Shown piece by piece: positions 29,677-39,794 of a stretch of 64,000 bases of DNA (within the stretch, counting starts at the first letter, position 1; every line of letters starts with the position of its first letter). Origin of the DNA: Hyphomicrobiales bacterium. GTDB taxonomy: Bacteria; Pseudomonadota; Alphaproteobacteria; Rhizobiales; CBDCVD01. The position numbers and the translations under genes are program-made. The notes beneath the pieces were generated by a model that worked only from the letters and a program-made list of their open reading frames with translations, did not search any database and was not told where the DNA came from. The stretch lies in contig OZ245032.1 of assembly GCA_965224015.1 (NCBI GenBank), positions 854,863 to 918,862 on the forward strand, written 5' to 3'.

Positions 29677-30657
29677 TCAGTAGGCAACGTACACGTCGGT
29701 TGTCAGATCTTGCGGTCCGGGCAGCGGCGCGGCCTTTGCCTCTTCGACAGCTTCGTCGATCAGGGACAGTACCTGCTTGTCGATTGCATCCAACTCTGCA
29801 TCGGACACGACACCAGCCTCAGTCACCTTCGTGCGGAATATTTTCAGACAATCGCGGTTCGCGCGGTTATCCTCGCTTTCGCCGGGAGCCCGGTAGGTCT
29901 GGGCATCGCCCTCAAAATGTCCGAAGAAACGGATCATCTTGCACTCAAGCAGGGTCGGGCCGCCGCCCTCACGCGCCCGCTTGATGACTTCACCGGCGGC
30001 TTCGTAAACCGCGAAGAAGTCGGTTCCGTCGACGGTTATGCCCGGCATGCCAAAACCGGTGGCGCGGTCGACATAAGAGTCAGACGCAACCGCGTAATCC
30101 ACTGATGTGGATTCCGCATAGCCGTTGTTCTCGACCACAAAGATGGCCGGCAGGTTCCATATGGCGGCAAGGTTCATAGACTCCAGAACCGTACCCTGGT
30201 TGGATGCGCCATCACCAAAGAAGGTAATCGCAACGCCGTCATGGCCCAATTTCTGCGCCGCCAGCGCAGCACCGCAAACCAGAGGCGCTCCCGCACCCAG
30301 AATGCCATTGGCACCCATCATGCCCTTGGAGAGGTCGGCAATGTGCATAGAACCGCCCTTGCCGGCGCAGGAGCCGGTAATTTTGCCGTAAATTTCGGCC
30401 ATCATAGCCTTCACATCAACGCCTTTGGCGATGCAGTGGCCATGCCCACGATGGGTTGAGGCAATCCGGTCATGGTCTTGAAGATGCATCATGATGCCGA
30501 CACCTGCGGCTTCCTCACCGGCGTAAAGATGCACGAAGCCGGGAATGTCACCGCGTCCAAAATCCACATGCAACCGTTCCTCGAACTCTCGGATCGTTTT
30601 CATGCGTCGATAGGCTTCCAGAAGCCCATCTTTGTCTACTGGGAATGGGTTGCTCAT
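29677..30657 (-). CDS. acoA: Acetoin dehydrogenase E1 alpha subunit
   Basis: GFVHLYAGEEA, STHRGHGH, TPP motif GDGASNQG...ENN. Confidence 0.93.
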   Translation of the reverse strand: MSNPFPVDKDGLLEAYRRMKTIREFEERLHVDFGRGDIPGFVHLYAGEEAAGVGIMMHLQDHDRIASTHRGHGHCIAKGVDVKAMMAEIYGKITGSCAGKGGSMHIADLSKGMMGANGILGAGAPLVCGAALAAQKLGHDGVAITFFGDGASNQGTVLESMNLAAIWNLPAIFVVENNGYAESTSVDYAVASDSYVDRATGFGMPGITVDGTDFFAVYEAAGEVIKRAREGGGPTLLECKMIRFFGHFEGDAQTYRAPGESEDNRANRDCLKIFRTKVTEAGVVSDAELDAIDKQVLSLIDEAVEEAKAAPLPGPQDLTTDVYVAY

Positions 30658-30673
30658 GAGGTCCTCCCTTTAT

Positions 30674-31714
30674 CTATTGAGCAGCGCGAAGTCGCGCTTC
30701 GGTTTCACTGGTTAGAAGTCGATGTTTGGCCGCGTAAGTCATGCATCCCGGCACATTGATGGTTCGGAATGCGTCCGGCTGCAGCCGGATGCTGACATCG
30801 TCGGTTTCGCAAAATGTTATTTCCCTCTCGCCGTCGAGAGCAAAGGAGCCTGCTGACACACCAGGCAAATAAAGTTCGCCAGGCCGTACCGTTTCGATCG
30901 ACACAATACCCACCTCTTCAATCAGTCCCGGTGCAATCGGGACAGTCACCGTGAAGTTAGCCCTGTCGATTGGCGCCAGCCTGACCCGGCGGCCTTCCGG
31001 CGTTTCACGCCTTAGCGGCGCAAGAAGACCGACAATCGACGACATGCCAATTCCATCCGGCATGCCAAAGGTCACATAGAGATCGCGGAAACTCTCTGTT
31101 TTCCAGATAGCCCGGGCGCCGACGAAGCGATCCGCAACAACCGCAATATCGACAAGTGCGATTTCCCGGTGGTCGTTGACCTTTACTTCAAGACGCTTGT
31201 TGTAACGAAAGGCGTGGTCGCACGGGACCTGCCCGGTAACCGCCAGGCCTACGGCAAGTCCGGTGATCGTCGGCTCGCGCAGTTGCGGAAATGCATTGTT
31301 CGTACCCGTTGAAATACCGGCAATTGGGGTGTTCCCACACCCTGAAACGACAACCCGGTTGGTGCCGTCGCCGCCCAAAACAACGATTGCCCCAACCCCC
31401 AGTTCATGCATTTGACGCGCGGCCTCGGCGCTGTCCTGCGACGTGCAGGTCACCGGCATATCTAGATAGGTTACCGCCGGAAAACGGCGCACGCCCATTC
31501 GCTCTTGGCGATCTATGGTGCGCATAAGCTGGGTTCTGATACCGCCATTTTCCGGCATGATGTAGACCTCGTCTACACCGACTGCCGACAGGCCGGTCAA
31601 CATGCGCAACACGATGTTGGCGCGATCATTTATCGGCAGGTTTCCCGCATGCGAGATGATCCTGCGAATATCGCGGGCGGAAACCGGATTGGCGATGATC
31701 CCAACTCTTGGCAC
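30674..31714 (-). CDS. acoX: AcoX, ATP-NAD kinase-like protein
   Basis: GIIANPVSARDIRR, LGGDGTNR, STGTNNAFP; start GTG 31714 with AAGGAG 8 nt upstream. Confidence 0.88.
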   Translation of the reverse strand: MPRVGIIANPVSARDIRRIISHAGNLPINDRANIVLRMLTGLSAVGVDEVYIMPENGGIRTQLMRTIDRQERMGVRRFPAVTYLDMPVTCTSQDSAEAARQMHELGVGAIVVLGGDGTNRVVVSGCGNTPIAGISTGTNNAFPQLREPTITGLAVGLAVTGQVPCDHAFRYNKRLEVKVNDHREIALVDIAVVADRFVGARAIWKTESFRDLYVTFGMPDGIGMSSIVGLLAPLRRETPEGRRVRLAPIDRANFTVTVPIAPGLIEEVGIVSIETVRPGELYLPGVSAGSFALDGEREITFCETDDVSIRLQPDAFRTINVPGCMTYAAKHRLLTSETEARLRAAQ

Positions 31715-31741
31715 TAAGGACACTCCTTCGAAGACGTAACA

Positions 31742-31758
31742 CGCAACGGCAATACCAA
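31742..31758 (-). promoter_or_regulatory. Sigma54 (-24/-12) promoter of acoXABC
   Basis: Minus strand reads TTGGTATTGCCGTTGCG = TGG-N8-TTGC, correctly spaced just upstream of the acoX RBS. Confidence 0.65.
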
Positions 31759-31899
31759 ATTGAATTTTGTCATAGCGGATGCGATGGATCTCGAAAGTTG
31801 TGGAAATTCTCCAGCGGCGTTCTCCGAGCAGTTTGATTTTTGCCTGATAAGACGGCGAGGTCAAGTGTCATGGGTTCGACCGGCTGCGCGAGGGGCTCG

Positions 31900-32040
31900 C
31901 CAACCATCAGCCTTACTTCAGATAAAGGGTACAGCGCCGGTGCCAATAACAACGCTTATCATGTATCGACGCCGGCATTGAACATGATGACCAAGGCCTT
32001 AGCCATCGAACTCTCCCCGGGCATGCCCGTAACCGTTGGG
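31900..32040 (+). pseudogene. Internal remnant of an SDR oxidoreductase (boundaries approximate)
   Basis: SDKGYSAGANNNAYHVSTPALNMMTKALAIELSP resembles the YxxSK-ALNMMTK.LA.EL region, with Lys changed to Thr. Confidence 0.6.
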
Positions 32041-32093
32041 GTCAAGACCGGCAGACGGTGGGTGATCGAACTCTTCCTCTCGCCGATCATACG

Positions 32094-32154
32094 CTATAGC
32101 AAAATGCGTTTAACCGGAATCCTAGGCATTCCCGTATTTTCCTCGCATTTTGCT
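32094..32154. repeat. R3-family palindromic repeat
   Basis: CTATAGCAAAATGCG...CGCATTTTGCT. Confidence 0.75.
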
Positions 32155-32526
32155 GCGGCCTTCGCCACGCAATTTTCCATCGTTTTCCTCAAATATGGGA
32201 ATGTCTGAATTTTCCATACCCTCGATATCAAATACAAGTTCGAGCTGTTTTATTTCTCGAGCTTCAGAACGATTCATCTGCAATGTCCTCAATTATTCCT
32301 CTATATAATTACTCTTTTGTCTTACATCTTTTCCGAGTAACATTGGAGAATTTGCAAAATGGGGAGCCCAGTAAGGACTCCCTTGTGGACAGGACCGAGC
32401 CACAGCATGCTAAAAGCCACATGCCTTTTGCGATCCATATCAATCGCCTGCAATTCGGTTTGCCCATTTGAAATCAGAATTGTGGCTGATATTACCAGCC
32501 AAGCTTGTCAACAAATAGTTTAGATT

Positions 32527-32562
32527 TCCAGCCCTTCATCCAGCCCTTCATCCAGCCCTTCA
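32527..32562. repeat. 12-bp tandem repeat x3 (TCCAGCCCTTCA)
   Basis: Three exact units just after the deacetylase stop codon. Confidence 0.9.
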
Positions 32563-32563
32563 T

Positions 32564-33457
32564 CTAGATCTGAAATGCTTCAGGAGGCGCGTTGTAGAGT
32601 GGCAGGCGAACGTTCCGAGGGCTGTATCCCTGGGCCGTAACTTTGCGGACATGGGCGGCTATCTCGTCCAAACGTGCGAACCAGACATCACCCTTTTCAA
32701 GCATGTAGGCGATCAGTTTTTCGACTTCCATCCAGCGTGACAGACGCCCGCTTACAAAAGGGTGCCAGGGCGTTATCCACAGTCCGCCATGTTCCCACAT
32801 GGCGTCAAATTCCGCGCGAAATACCTTAATGGCTTCTGCTGGCGCCTTGATCTGCATTTCAAAACCTATTTCGGGTTGGTGTACATAAGGCGGCCAGTCG
32901 TCCACCGCCCAGTTCACCGGGAGTTCCACGAGATCACCTTTTTCGTTGGATATCAGATATGGCACGTCATCTGACATCAGCGAACTGTCGTACTCGAAGC
33001 CCTGCTGCAGCAACAAATCGAGCGTGTTGTCTGTAAAGTGGTATAGCGGCGCTCGGGAACCTTTGGGTCGTTGGCCAGTCAGACGTTCCAGAACCTCCAT
33101 CGACTTCAACAGACTGTCTGCTTCCCGCTGTCGGCTAAGTTCGACAAACGGTTCATGAGCATGGCTGTGGTAGCCGATCTCGTGCCCATCATTCACAATG
33201 GCTTCAACTGCATCGGGATAGGTTTCTGCGCTCCATCCGGGAATAAAGAAGGTCTGTTTCAGACCGAACTTCCGGAAAGTATTGAGAATTCGGGGAATTG
33301 CCACGTGCGGCCCATATTGCAAATTTGTGCATGCGGCGATGCGACGATGGGAATCGCGCGGGTTCGCAATGTGGATCAGGCTGTCCGCATCCATATCAAG
33401 CGAAATCGCCACCGCGCATCGGGCGCCATTGGGCCAAGGAACAGGATTGGCAATCAT
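32564..33457 (-). CDS. Polysaccharide deacetylase family protein (PuuE-like)
   Basis: SLDMDAD, TFFIPGW, HEIGYHSHAH, YDSSLMSDD, WHPFVSGR. Confidence 0.88.
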   Translation of the reverse strand: MIANPVPWPNGARCAVAISLDMDADSLIHIANPRDSHRRIAACTNLQYGPHVAIPRILNTFRKFGLKQTFFIPGWSAETYPDAVEAIVNDGHEIGYHSHAHEPFVELSRQREADSLLKSMEVLERLTGQRPKGSRAPLYHFTDNTLDLLLQQGFEYDSSLMSDDVPYLISNEKGDLVELPVNWAVDDWPPYVHQPEIGFEMQIKAPAEAIKVFRAEFDAMWEHGGLWITPWHPFVSGRLSRWMEVEKLIAYMLEKGDVWFARLDEIAAHVRKVTAQGYSPRNVRLPLYNAPPEAFQI

Positions 33458-34398
33458 TTCGCGCCTCGTTCAAAATCTAGACCTAAAGCAGCCGGCGGGC
33501 GAACCTTGCCAGACAGGACAACCAAAGCCATGATGGATGCCACATAGGGCAGCATGGCGAAAAACTGATACGGGACATCCGGGCTCGCGAATTGCATCCT
33601 GAGTTGCAGGGCGTCTGCAAAACCAAAGAACACCGCTGCCGCAAGCGCACCAATTGGATGCCATCTGCCGAGAATGAGCGCTGCTAGAGCGATAAAACCT
33701 TTTCCTGCACTCATGTTTTCGGTGAAAACGAAAACCTGGGACAGTACGATGTAAGCGCCACCCAACCCGGCTAAAGCACAGCTAAGCGTCACGATCCAAA
33801 AGCGATTGCTCAACACAGAGATACCAGCCGTATCTGCCGCACGCGGATACTCTCCGATGGCACGCATTTTTAATCCCCACGGCGTGCGGAACATCGCCCA
33901 CCAGAAAAACGGTATCAGCAGATAAATCATGTAGAACAGGATATCCTGATGGAACAATGGTTGCCCGATGAAGGGAATCCGTGACAAGATCGGTATTTCG
34001 AAGGGGGTGAAACCGGGCAGGTTTTGCGACGAGGTACCACCTGTGAAAACGACACGTGCCAAATAAGATGTGAACCCCAACATCAAGATGTTGATTGCGA
34101 TCCCTGCAACAATTTGATTGACCCGCATCAACACACTTAGTGTGGCCAGGATCACTCCGGCAAACCCCGCAAAGAGTAAGGCAAACACTACACCACCCAT
34201 CGCAGATCCGGTAGCGTAGGCGCCGGCGGCACCGCCAAAAGCTCCGGCCAGAACGCAACCTTCCAGGCCGATATTGTAGACACCTGAGCGCTCGCTCAGC
34301 ACGCCGCCAAGCGCTGCAAAAACAATCGGTATGGAAAGACGCATTCCGGTGCCAAGAAAATCCGTTAGCTGTCCGACATCGAAGAGAAACGCAAACAT
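33454..34398 (-). CDS. ABC permease (BMP/nucleoside-type)
   Basis: SERSGVYNIGLEG, GE.PRAADTAGI, AGKGFIALAA; start set at ATG 34398. Confidence 0.92.
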   Translation of the reverse strand: MFAFLFDVGQLTDFLGTGMRLSIPIVFAALGGVLSERSGVYNIGLEGCVLAGAFGGAAGAYATGSAMGGVVFALLFAGFAGVILATLSVLMRVNQIVAGIAINILMLGFTSYLARVVFTGGTSSQNLPGFTPFEIPILSRIPFIGQPLFHQDILFYMIYLLIPFFWWAMFRTPWGLKMRAIGEYPRAADTAGISVLSNRFWIVTLSCALAGLGGAYIVLSQVFVFTENMSAGKGFIALAALILGRWHPIGALAAAVFFGFADALQLRMQFASPDVPYQFFAMLPYVASIMALVVLSGKVRPPAALGLDFERGAK

Positions 34399-34405
34399 TT
34401 TCAAA

Positions 34406-35488
34406 TCATCCCCCTTCGGTTTTGGGTGATAAGGATTTCCGGTCAAATATGGAGAAACGTTTCTGCCAGGTCTCTCGGTCGATACGCAGCGCCAGGCTGG
34501 CGGCAGTAAAGATGATCACCATACCCTGAATTGCTTCAATGATTGCGCTCTCAAGACCCGTGGCGCGCTGCATGATGTTGGCACCCGCTTGCAAACCACT
34601 CAGGAAAAACGCGGATAATGGCAGCAAGATGGGATTGAGGCTTGCAAGAAAAGCGACCACGATGCCGTCATAGCCAAAGCCCGGGCTAAACATATGATAG
34701 AGACGGTACTTAAGGCCGATCACTTCAATAGTTCCCGCAAGACCTGCGACGGCGCCACCGACAAACATGCTTACAAGGATTTGCCGATTAACGTTGATGC
34801 CTGCATATTTTGCTGCAACTGGGTTTTGTCCAACCGTATTCCAGGCGAACCCAAGGGTTGAATACTTCAGAACGAACCAAAAGACCAATGACAACACGAG
34901 TCCGAGTAGAATACCGGAATGAACATCGGTCCCAGGCATGATGAGCGAGAGCATAAGATTATCAGGAATTTCCTCACTATAAGGATAAGGCGCACCCGGT
35001 TGCATCATGGGACCAGACACAAAAAAGCTGACAATGTTGATGGCGATGTAGTTCATGAGGATCGTAACGATCACCTCGTTGATTCCCCGATAAGCTTTCA
35101 AAATCGCCGGTATAAGCGCCCATAATCCGCCCCCGACGGCACCAGCTGCTACCACCACCAGTAGGTGGAGTGGTCCCATCTCAGGCAGAAGCAGGGCGGC
35201 TACGCTAGCTAATAACGCCCCCATATAGATTTGACCTTCACCGCCGATATTGAACATGCCGGCCCGCAAGGGGATCACGACAGCCAGGCTGGCAAGTAGA
35301 ATGGGTGACATTTTTGTCAGCGTGCTTGCCAATCCGTAGTAGTCAAAGAATGCACCATGGAACAGCGCACCGTATGCTTCGATCGGGCTATGTCCGGAAA
35401 GCGCCATCAAAATTCCGCCCAAAAATAGCGCCAGCAATACAGCCCAAACCGTGCGTAACTTGATAAAAGTGTTCATGAACCAAGACAT
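34406..35488 (-). CDS. ABC permease (BMP/nucleoside-type)
   Basis: FNIGGEGQ, INEVIVTILMNY, GFGYDGIVVA. Confidence 0.92.
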   Translation of the reverse strand: MSWFMNTFIKLRTVWAVLLALFLGGILMALSGHSPIEAYGALFHGAFFDYYGLASTLTKMSPILLASLAVVIPLRAGMFNIGGEGQIYMGALLASVAALLLPEMGPLHLLVVVAAGAVGGGLWALIPAILKAYRGINEVIVTILMNYIAINIVSFFVSGPMMQPGAPYPYSEEIPDNLMLSLIMPGTDVHSGILLGLVLSLVFWFVLKYSTLGFAWNTVGQNPVAAKYAGINVNRQILVSMFVGGAVAGLAGTIEVIGLKYRLYHMFSPGFGYDGIVVAFLASLNPILLPLSAFFLSGLQAGANIMQRATGLESAIIEAIQGMVIIFTAASLALRIDRETWQKRFSIFDRKSLSPKTEGG

Positions 35489-37008
35489 TAGGCGTGCTCC
35501 CGAATTCCGGCCATCAACATCCCGACGCGTTCTGAAGTTGCCTCTTCGGTCTTCAAAACACCTGTGACTTTACCTTCACACATGACGGCAATTCGATCGG
35601 CTACCTCCATGATGTGTTCAAGCTCAGTTGAAATATACAGGACGGCCTTGCCAGCTTCTCTGAGTGCAAGAACATTCTTCTGAACGTTTTCGATCGCACC
35701 GACGTCAAGACCCTTACACGGCTGCACCACCAGCAATACTTCGGGCCCTGTTTCAATCTCGCGTGCGAATACCAGCTTTTGCTGATTTCCGCCGGACAGA
35801 AAGCGAATGGCCTGATTTATGGAATGGAGACGTACGTCGTACCTTTCAATCCAGTCTTTGACGGTATTGCTGATTACACGAAGCTGCATAAGGCCAAACT
35901 TTGTGTTGGGTGGCCGCGCGAAATCCCGCAATGCACCGTTCAGGGCAACGGAATAATCCATCACTAACGCGGTGCCATGGCGGTCGGCCGGAACATAGCC
36001 AAGCCGATGGTCGTGACGACGGCTATCAACGGTTTCCTTCGAGACGGGTTTGTCACAGATGAAAATTTCACCTTCCGACAATTGAATCATGCCAGAAACC
36101 GCATCAGCAAGCTCATCCTGACCATTGCCGTCAACGCCGGCGACGCCCAGAATTTCGCCGGCTTTGACCTCCAGCGATACATTGCTCAGATGGTTGATCC
36201 CCTGATTGCTTACGACCGAGGCATTTTCCACACGGAGCAAAGGTTTACCAGTCCGCACCTCGGTTTTTGTAAAACCGGCATGAAGATCACGACCCATCAT
36301 GGAGCGCGCCAGTTCCGTTTGCGTCGTATTGCTGGCTTGCACGCTTTCCGTGATCCGCCCGTGCCTCATTACTGTGATGTCGTCGGATACAGTCATGACC
36401 TCATCCAGCTTATGGGTGATAAAGACTACGGTCTTTCCTTTGGCGCGCAGTTTGCTGAGGCCATCAAGGAAGGTCTCGACCTCTGGCGGGGCCAAAACGC
36501 TGGTCGGTTCGTCAAGTATGAGAAGGTCGACATCGCGATAGAGAACCTTGAGAATTTCAACGCGCTGGCGCATTCCCATCGAGAGACGCCAGATTTCCTT
36601 GTCTGGCTCAACATCAAACCCGTATTCTTCGCTCAGCGCGGCAATTTTTCGGGAATGTTCTTTGTAATCAATATTCGCACCCAGGCCTTCCAGGCCGAGA
36701 ATGATGTTTTCCGTTACGGTCAGGCTGTCCACCAGCATGAAGTGCTGGTGAATCATACCAATATGGTGATGCAACGCATCCCTCGGGGATGATAGTATTG
36801 TCGGCTCGCCGTTGATGCGTACCTCGCCGCTTGTGGGCTGGTAAAGGCCATAGATTATGTTCATCAGCGTTGTTTTTCCCGCACCATTCTCTCCCAAAAC
36901 AGCGTGGATAAGGCCTTTGTGAATATCCATATTCACGCCATCAAGGGCGACGAAATCACCAAACTTTCGAACAACGTCGTGGAGACTGACAAAGGCTTGC
37001 ATCCTCAT
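35488..37008 (-). CDS. ABC ATP-binding protein with two ATPase domains (CUT2-type)
   Basis: GENGAGKT, LSMGMRQRVEI, GVDGNGQ, LSGGNQQK. Confidence 0.94.
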   Translation of the reverse strand: MRMQAFVSLHDVVRKFGDFVALDGVNMDIHKGLIHAVLGENGAGKTTLMNIIYGLYQPTSGEVRINGEPTILSSPRDALHHHIGMIHQHFMLVDSLTVTENIILGLEGLGANIDYKEHSRKIAALSEEYGFDVEPDKEIWRLSMGMRQRVEILKVLYRDVDLLILDEPTSVLAPPEVETFLDGLSKLRAKGKTVVFITHKLDEVMTVSDDITVMRHGRITESVQASNTTQTELARSMMGRDLHAGFTKTEVRTGKPLLRVENASVVSNQGINHLSNVSLEVKAGEILGVAGVDGNGQDELADAVSGMIQLSEGEIFICDKPVSKETVDSRRHDHRLGYVPADRHGTALVMDYSVALNGALRDFARPPNTKFGLMQLRVISNTVKDWIERYDVRLHSINQAIRFLSGGNQQKLVFAREIETGPEVLLVVQPCKGLDVGAIENVQKNVLALREAGKAVLYISTELEHIMEVADRIAVMCEGKVTGVLKTEEATSERVGMLMAGIREHA

Positions 37009-37015
37009 TGCTCTC

Positions 37016-37039
37016 CTAGAGCGTGCCAGGTTTTAATAG
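37016..37039 (-). repeat. 24-bp R4 motif
   Basis: Reverse complement is CTATTAAAACCTGGCACGCTCTAG; copies at 48383, 52538, 53910. Confidence 0.7.
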
Positions 37040-37236
37040 AAGCCATTCTGTTTCTCGATTGGCGAGGCGATTCCCACGTTCAAGGCGATCAAAGAGCGAT
37101 GTTTATCTATCTCTCAAGAGCGGCTTGGGCGTGGGCGTTGCGCCAATCGGAAACCCGAAGGGGCGGGCGCTTTTGCTATAGGACACGGTTTGGTTGGCCA
37201 GGCTTGCAAGCATGGCCAACGCGGGTGGCGGGAGAC

Positions 37237-38199
37237 CTAGGGCTTGAGCTCCCCTGAGATCATCTGGGCTACAGCGGTTTTAACCGCCGCCTGGACATCC
37301 GCTGGAACGCTTTCGTGGAAAGTTCCAAGCCGGGCGGCATCCGGGGCCTCAAAGCCATATGCATAAGCTTTGCCTGGCAATTTACCGTCCTCAATCTCGC
37401 TAAGCACGGTAACCATCGCACCGGGAAGGTCGATAATTGCGGATTGCAGAATGATATCCGGCCAATCGGCAATTGCATCATAGTAGATGCCGAAACCATG
37501 CACGCCCTTTTCCTGGATTGCCTGCAAGCTGCCGACCGTCGCATTGTCCATGGTTGGGAAAATAACATCCGCGCCCTGGGAAATAAGGCCTAAGGTTGCC
37601 TCCTTGCCTTTGGCGACATCGTCCCAATCGCTTGTCCATGCCACGAGAACTTGTGCATCAGGACGCGCGGCGAGAAAACCGGCTTCGTAGCCTTCCATCA
37701 AGTTGATGGAAAAAGGAATTTGCTGCGCCCCGACAAAGCCGCCGATGCCACTTTTTGATAGTTTGCCGCCAATCAAACCCAAAGCGTAACCAAGTTGACG
37801 ATACGCAAAGTTCAACGTGGCGATGTTCCCGCCGGCTTGGGAACCACTCACAACCAGGAACGAAGTATCGGGATTACGTCGCGCAACCCGATTTACAGAT
37901 TCCTGAAATTCAGACCCGTGACCGATGACGATATCATAGCCGCGTCGCGCATAGTCAGCGAGGGCTTCGGCCTGATCCGGTTGGGCTACCTTTTCGCTAT
38001 AAGCCATCCCCAGACCCAGCGTCTCGGAGGCTTTGACAGCACCTTCGTATCCTGCCTGATTGAAAGAGTTGTCCGTAATTACGCCAGGTAGGACAATCGC
38101 AAATTTGCCAGATTCGTCCGCGAGTGTCGTTTGTGGTGTAAGCAGAGCTAAGGCTGCAATGAACGCCTTAAATCCGCTGGTTGGTTTTACAAAATTCAT
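37237..38199 (-). CDS. BMP family ABC substrate-binding protein
   Basis: DNSFNQAGYEG, IGHGSEF, WDDVAKGKEA, GADVIF; signal peptide. Confidence 0.92.
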   Translation of the reverse strand: MNFVKPTSGFKAFIAALALLTPQTTLADESGKFAIVLPGVITDNSFNQAGYEGAVKASETLGLGMAYSEKVAQPDQAEALADYARRGYDIVIGHGSEFQESVNRVARRNPDTSFLVVSGSQAGGNIATLNFAYRQLGYALGLIGGKLSKSGIGGFVGAQQIPFSINLMEGYEAGFLAARPDAQVLVAWTSDWDDVAKGKEATLGLISQGADVIFPTMDNATVGSLQAIQEKGVHGFGIYYDAIADWPDIILQSAIIDLPGAMVTVLSEIEDGKLPGKAYAYGFEAPDAARLGTFHESVPADVQAAVKTAVAQMISGELKP

Positions 38200-38274
38200 C
38201 TTATCCTCCTTGTTTTGTGCTTGCGCCGGGAATCGATTTTGTGCGGTCCCTTGGGGTTGCTTCCAGGTTATATT

Positions 38275-38302
38275 ATTTTAGTTGCATAAATTTTTATGTC
38301 AA
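38275..38302 (-). promoter_or_regulatory. Candidate sigma70 promoter of the BMP-ABC operon
   Basis: TTGACA-N16-TAAAAT on the minus strand, within an AT-rich, imperfectly inverted region (candidate TetR operator). Confidence 0.5.
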
Positions 38303-38386
38303 TTAAAAATTAATTAATTAAAAATTTTATTGCGCCACTCATGGAATTGTGGAATTTTGTTACGAGAGACAAATGAGTAGTGAAAG

Positions 38387-39046
38387 ATGGCTTCAAAGAG
38401 CTCAGTAAAGCAGAAGACAGGATTGCGTCAGCGGCAGAAAGAAATTCGACGAAAGCAAATACTTGAGGCTGCAAGGGTAAGATTTGCGAAAGCAGGATTT
38501 AAGAGCACCACGATGGAGGCCATTGCCGACGATGTTGGCATGTCTTCGGTAACAATCGCTAATTACTACGGTTCAAAGGTCGGCTTACTGTTGGCTCTTG
38601 TTCAGGAGAGTGATGCGCTCCTAATCGATCGACTGAAGCCTCTTATGGAAACTACGGACGAAAACGCCGTTGGCGTGGTTTCTCAGTTCGGAGAAACCAT
38701 TCGTGAAAATGCCATTAACTTTTTGAGTAAGTCACTGTGGCGACAAGTTCTGGCGGCAAGTATTACCGACGAAAGCGAAGATTTTCGCGAGACATATGAA
38801 AAACTTGACAACAAATTAATAGAGTTGTTGGAGTTGTTAATCGTGAAACTTCAAAATGATAGAAAACTCGACTCCAGTCTGAATCCAACGAAACTGGCCG
38901 ATACTATATTTTCGCTTCAAAACAACCGCTTTATTCAATTCATGTCGTCAGACAATATCGGTAAAAAAGAAATGGCACGGTTGTTCAGAGATGATGTCGC
39001 CTTCTTGTTGCAGCACTACATTCCAAATACGAAAACCACGCAATAA
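38387..39046 (+). CDS. TetR family regulator, divergent from the ABC operon
   Basis: ILEAARVRF..GFKSTTMEAIADDVGMSSVTIANYY HTH. Confidence 0.9.
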   Translation: MASKSSVKQKTGLRQRQKEIRRKQILEAARVRFAKAGFKSTTMEAIADDVGMSSVTIANYYGSKVGLLLALVQESDALLIDRLKPLMETTDENAVGVVSQFGETIRENAINFLSKSLWRQVLAASITDESEDFRETYEKLDNKLIELLELLIVKLQNDRKLDSSLNPTKLADTIFSLQNNRFIQFMSSDNIGKKEMARLFRDDVAFLLQHYIPNTKTTQ

Positions 39047-39794
39047 TTGTGATCGCATACTTGGTATTGCAGCCAGGCCCTTTCTAAGCGACGTAAAGGT
39101 GTTAATCTGGTATTTTTTGAGGATTTTCATTCGGTCTCTGCATGGATGCTTGAAGTGCAATATCCCCAATTTCCATAGCAGGGATCGGATGGACAACCTA
39201 CTGATGGACAACCTGCTGAAAGCTCACTCCTTGCAATAGCCTCAATTAGGTGTGTTAGCAAGGCCGCACCCCAGACGGCGTGTCTATAAAGCCCATACCG
39301 CTGGCATAAGTCTTTGAAAGACAAAAATTATTCGTTTGCAAATTGTTAACTATTGCATGCACGGTACCCCGATCCAAATAGCGGGAGAGCTCAAACCAGC
39401 AAGGTTAATAAGCCCGCCGTGAAAGCTCGGGAGCGAGCCTTTATGCCCCAATGTGAGACATACTATCGGGCGGCGGCAGCACATCATCAACACCGGACAT
39501 GCAAGGCATGAATTACAGGTTATGCGAGCTTATCGCGAAATTTTCCCTCACTGCGGGTATTCTTGACGACAAAATGATGGCCCTTAAGGCTCCAGAGCTC
39601 AGTTATGCCCCCACGGCTGTGCTTTTCCGATCGAAAAATAGCGGGGTTCAGGCAAGGTTTTGGCTTCACATTGCGTTATGGTTGCATGGCAGTGAAAGCC
39701 CGCGGTGCCAGAACAAATAGCCTGTTAACGGATCAAACGAATCCCGAACAAAGCCAAAACGAATCAGGGGTAAAATCATTGGTAGACATGTGAT

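Larger units (their letters stand above)
10371..39790. mobile_element. Putative degenerate genomic island 3' of tRNA-Ser (right edge approximate)
   Basis: Switch from housekeeping to accessory cargo directly after the tRNA; AT-rich blocks, IS elements, pseudogenes; no integrase or att duplication seen. Confidence 0.55.
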
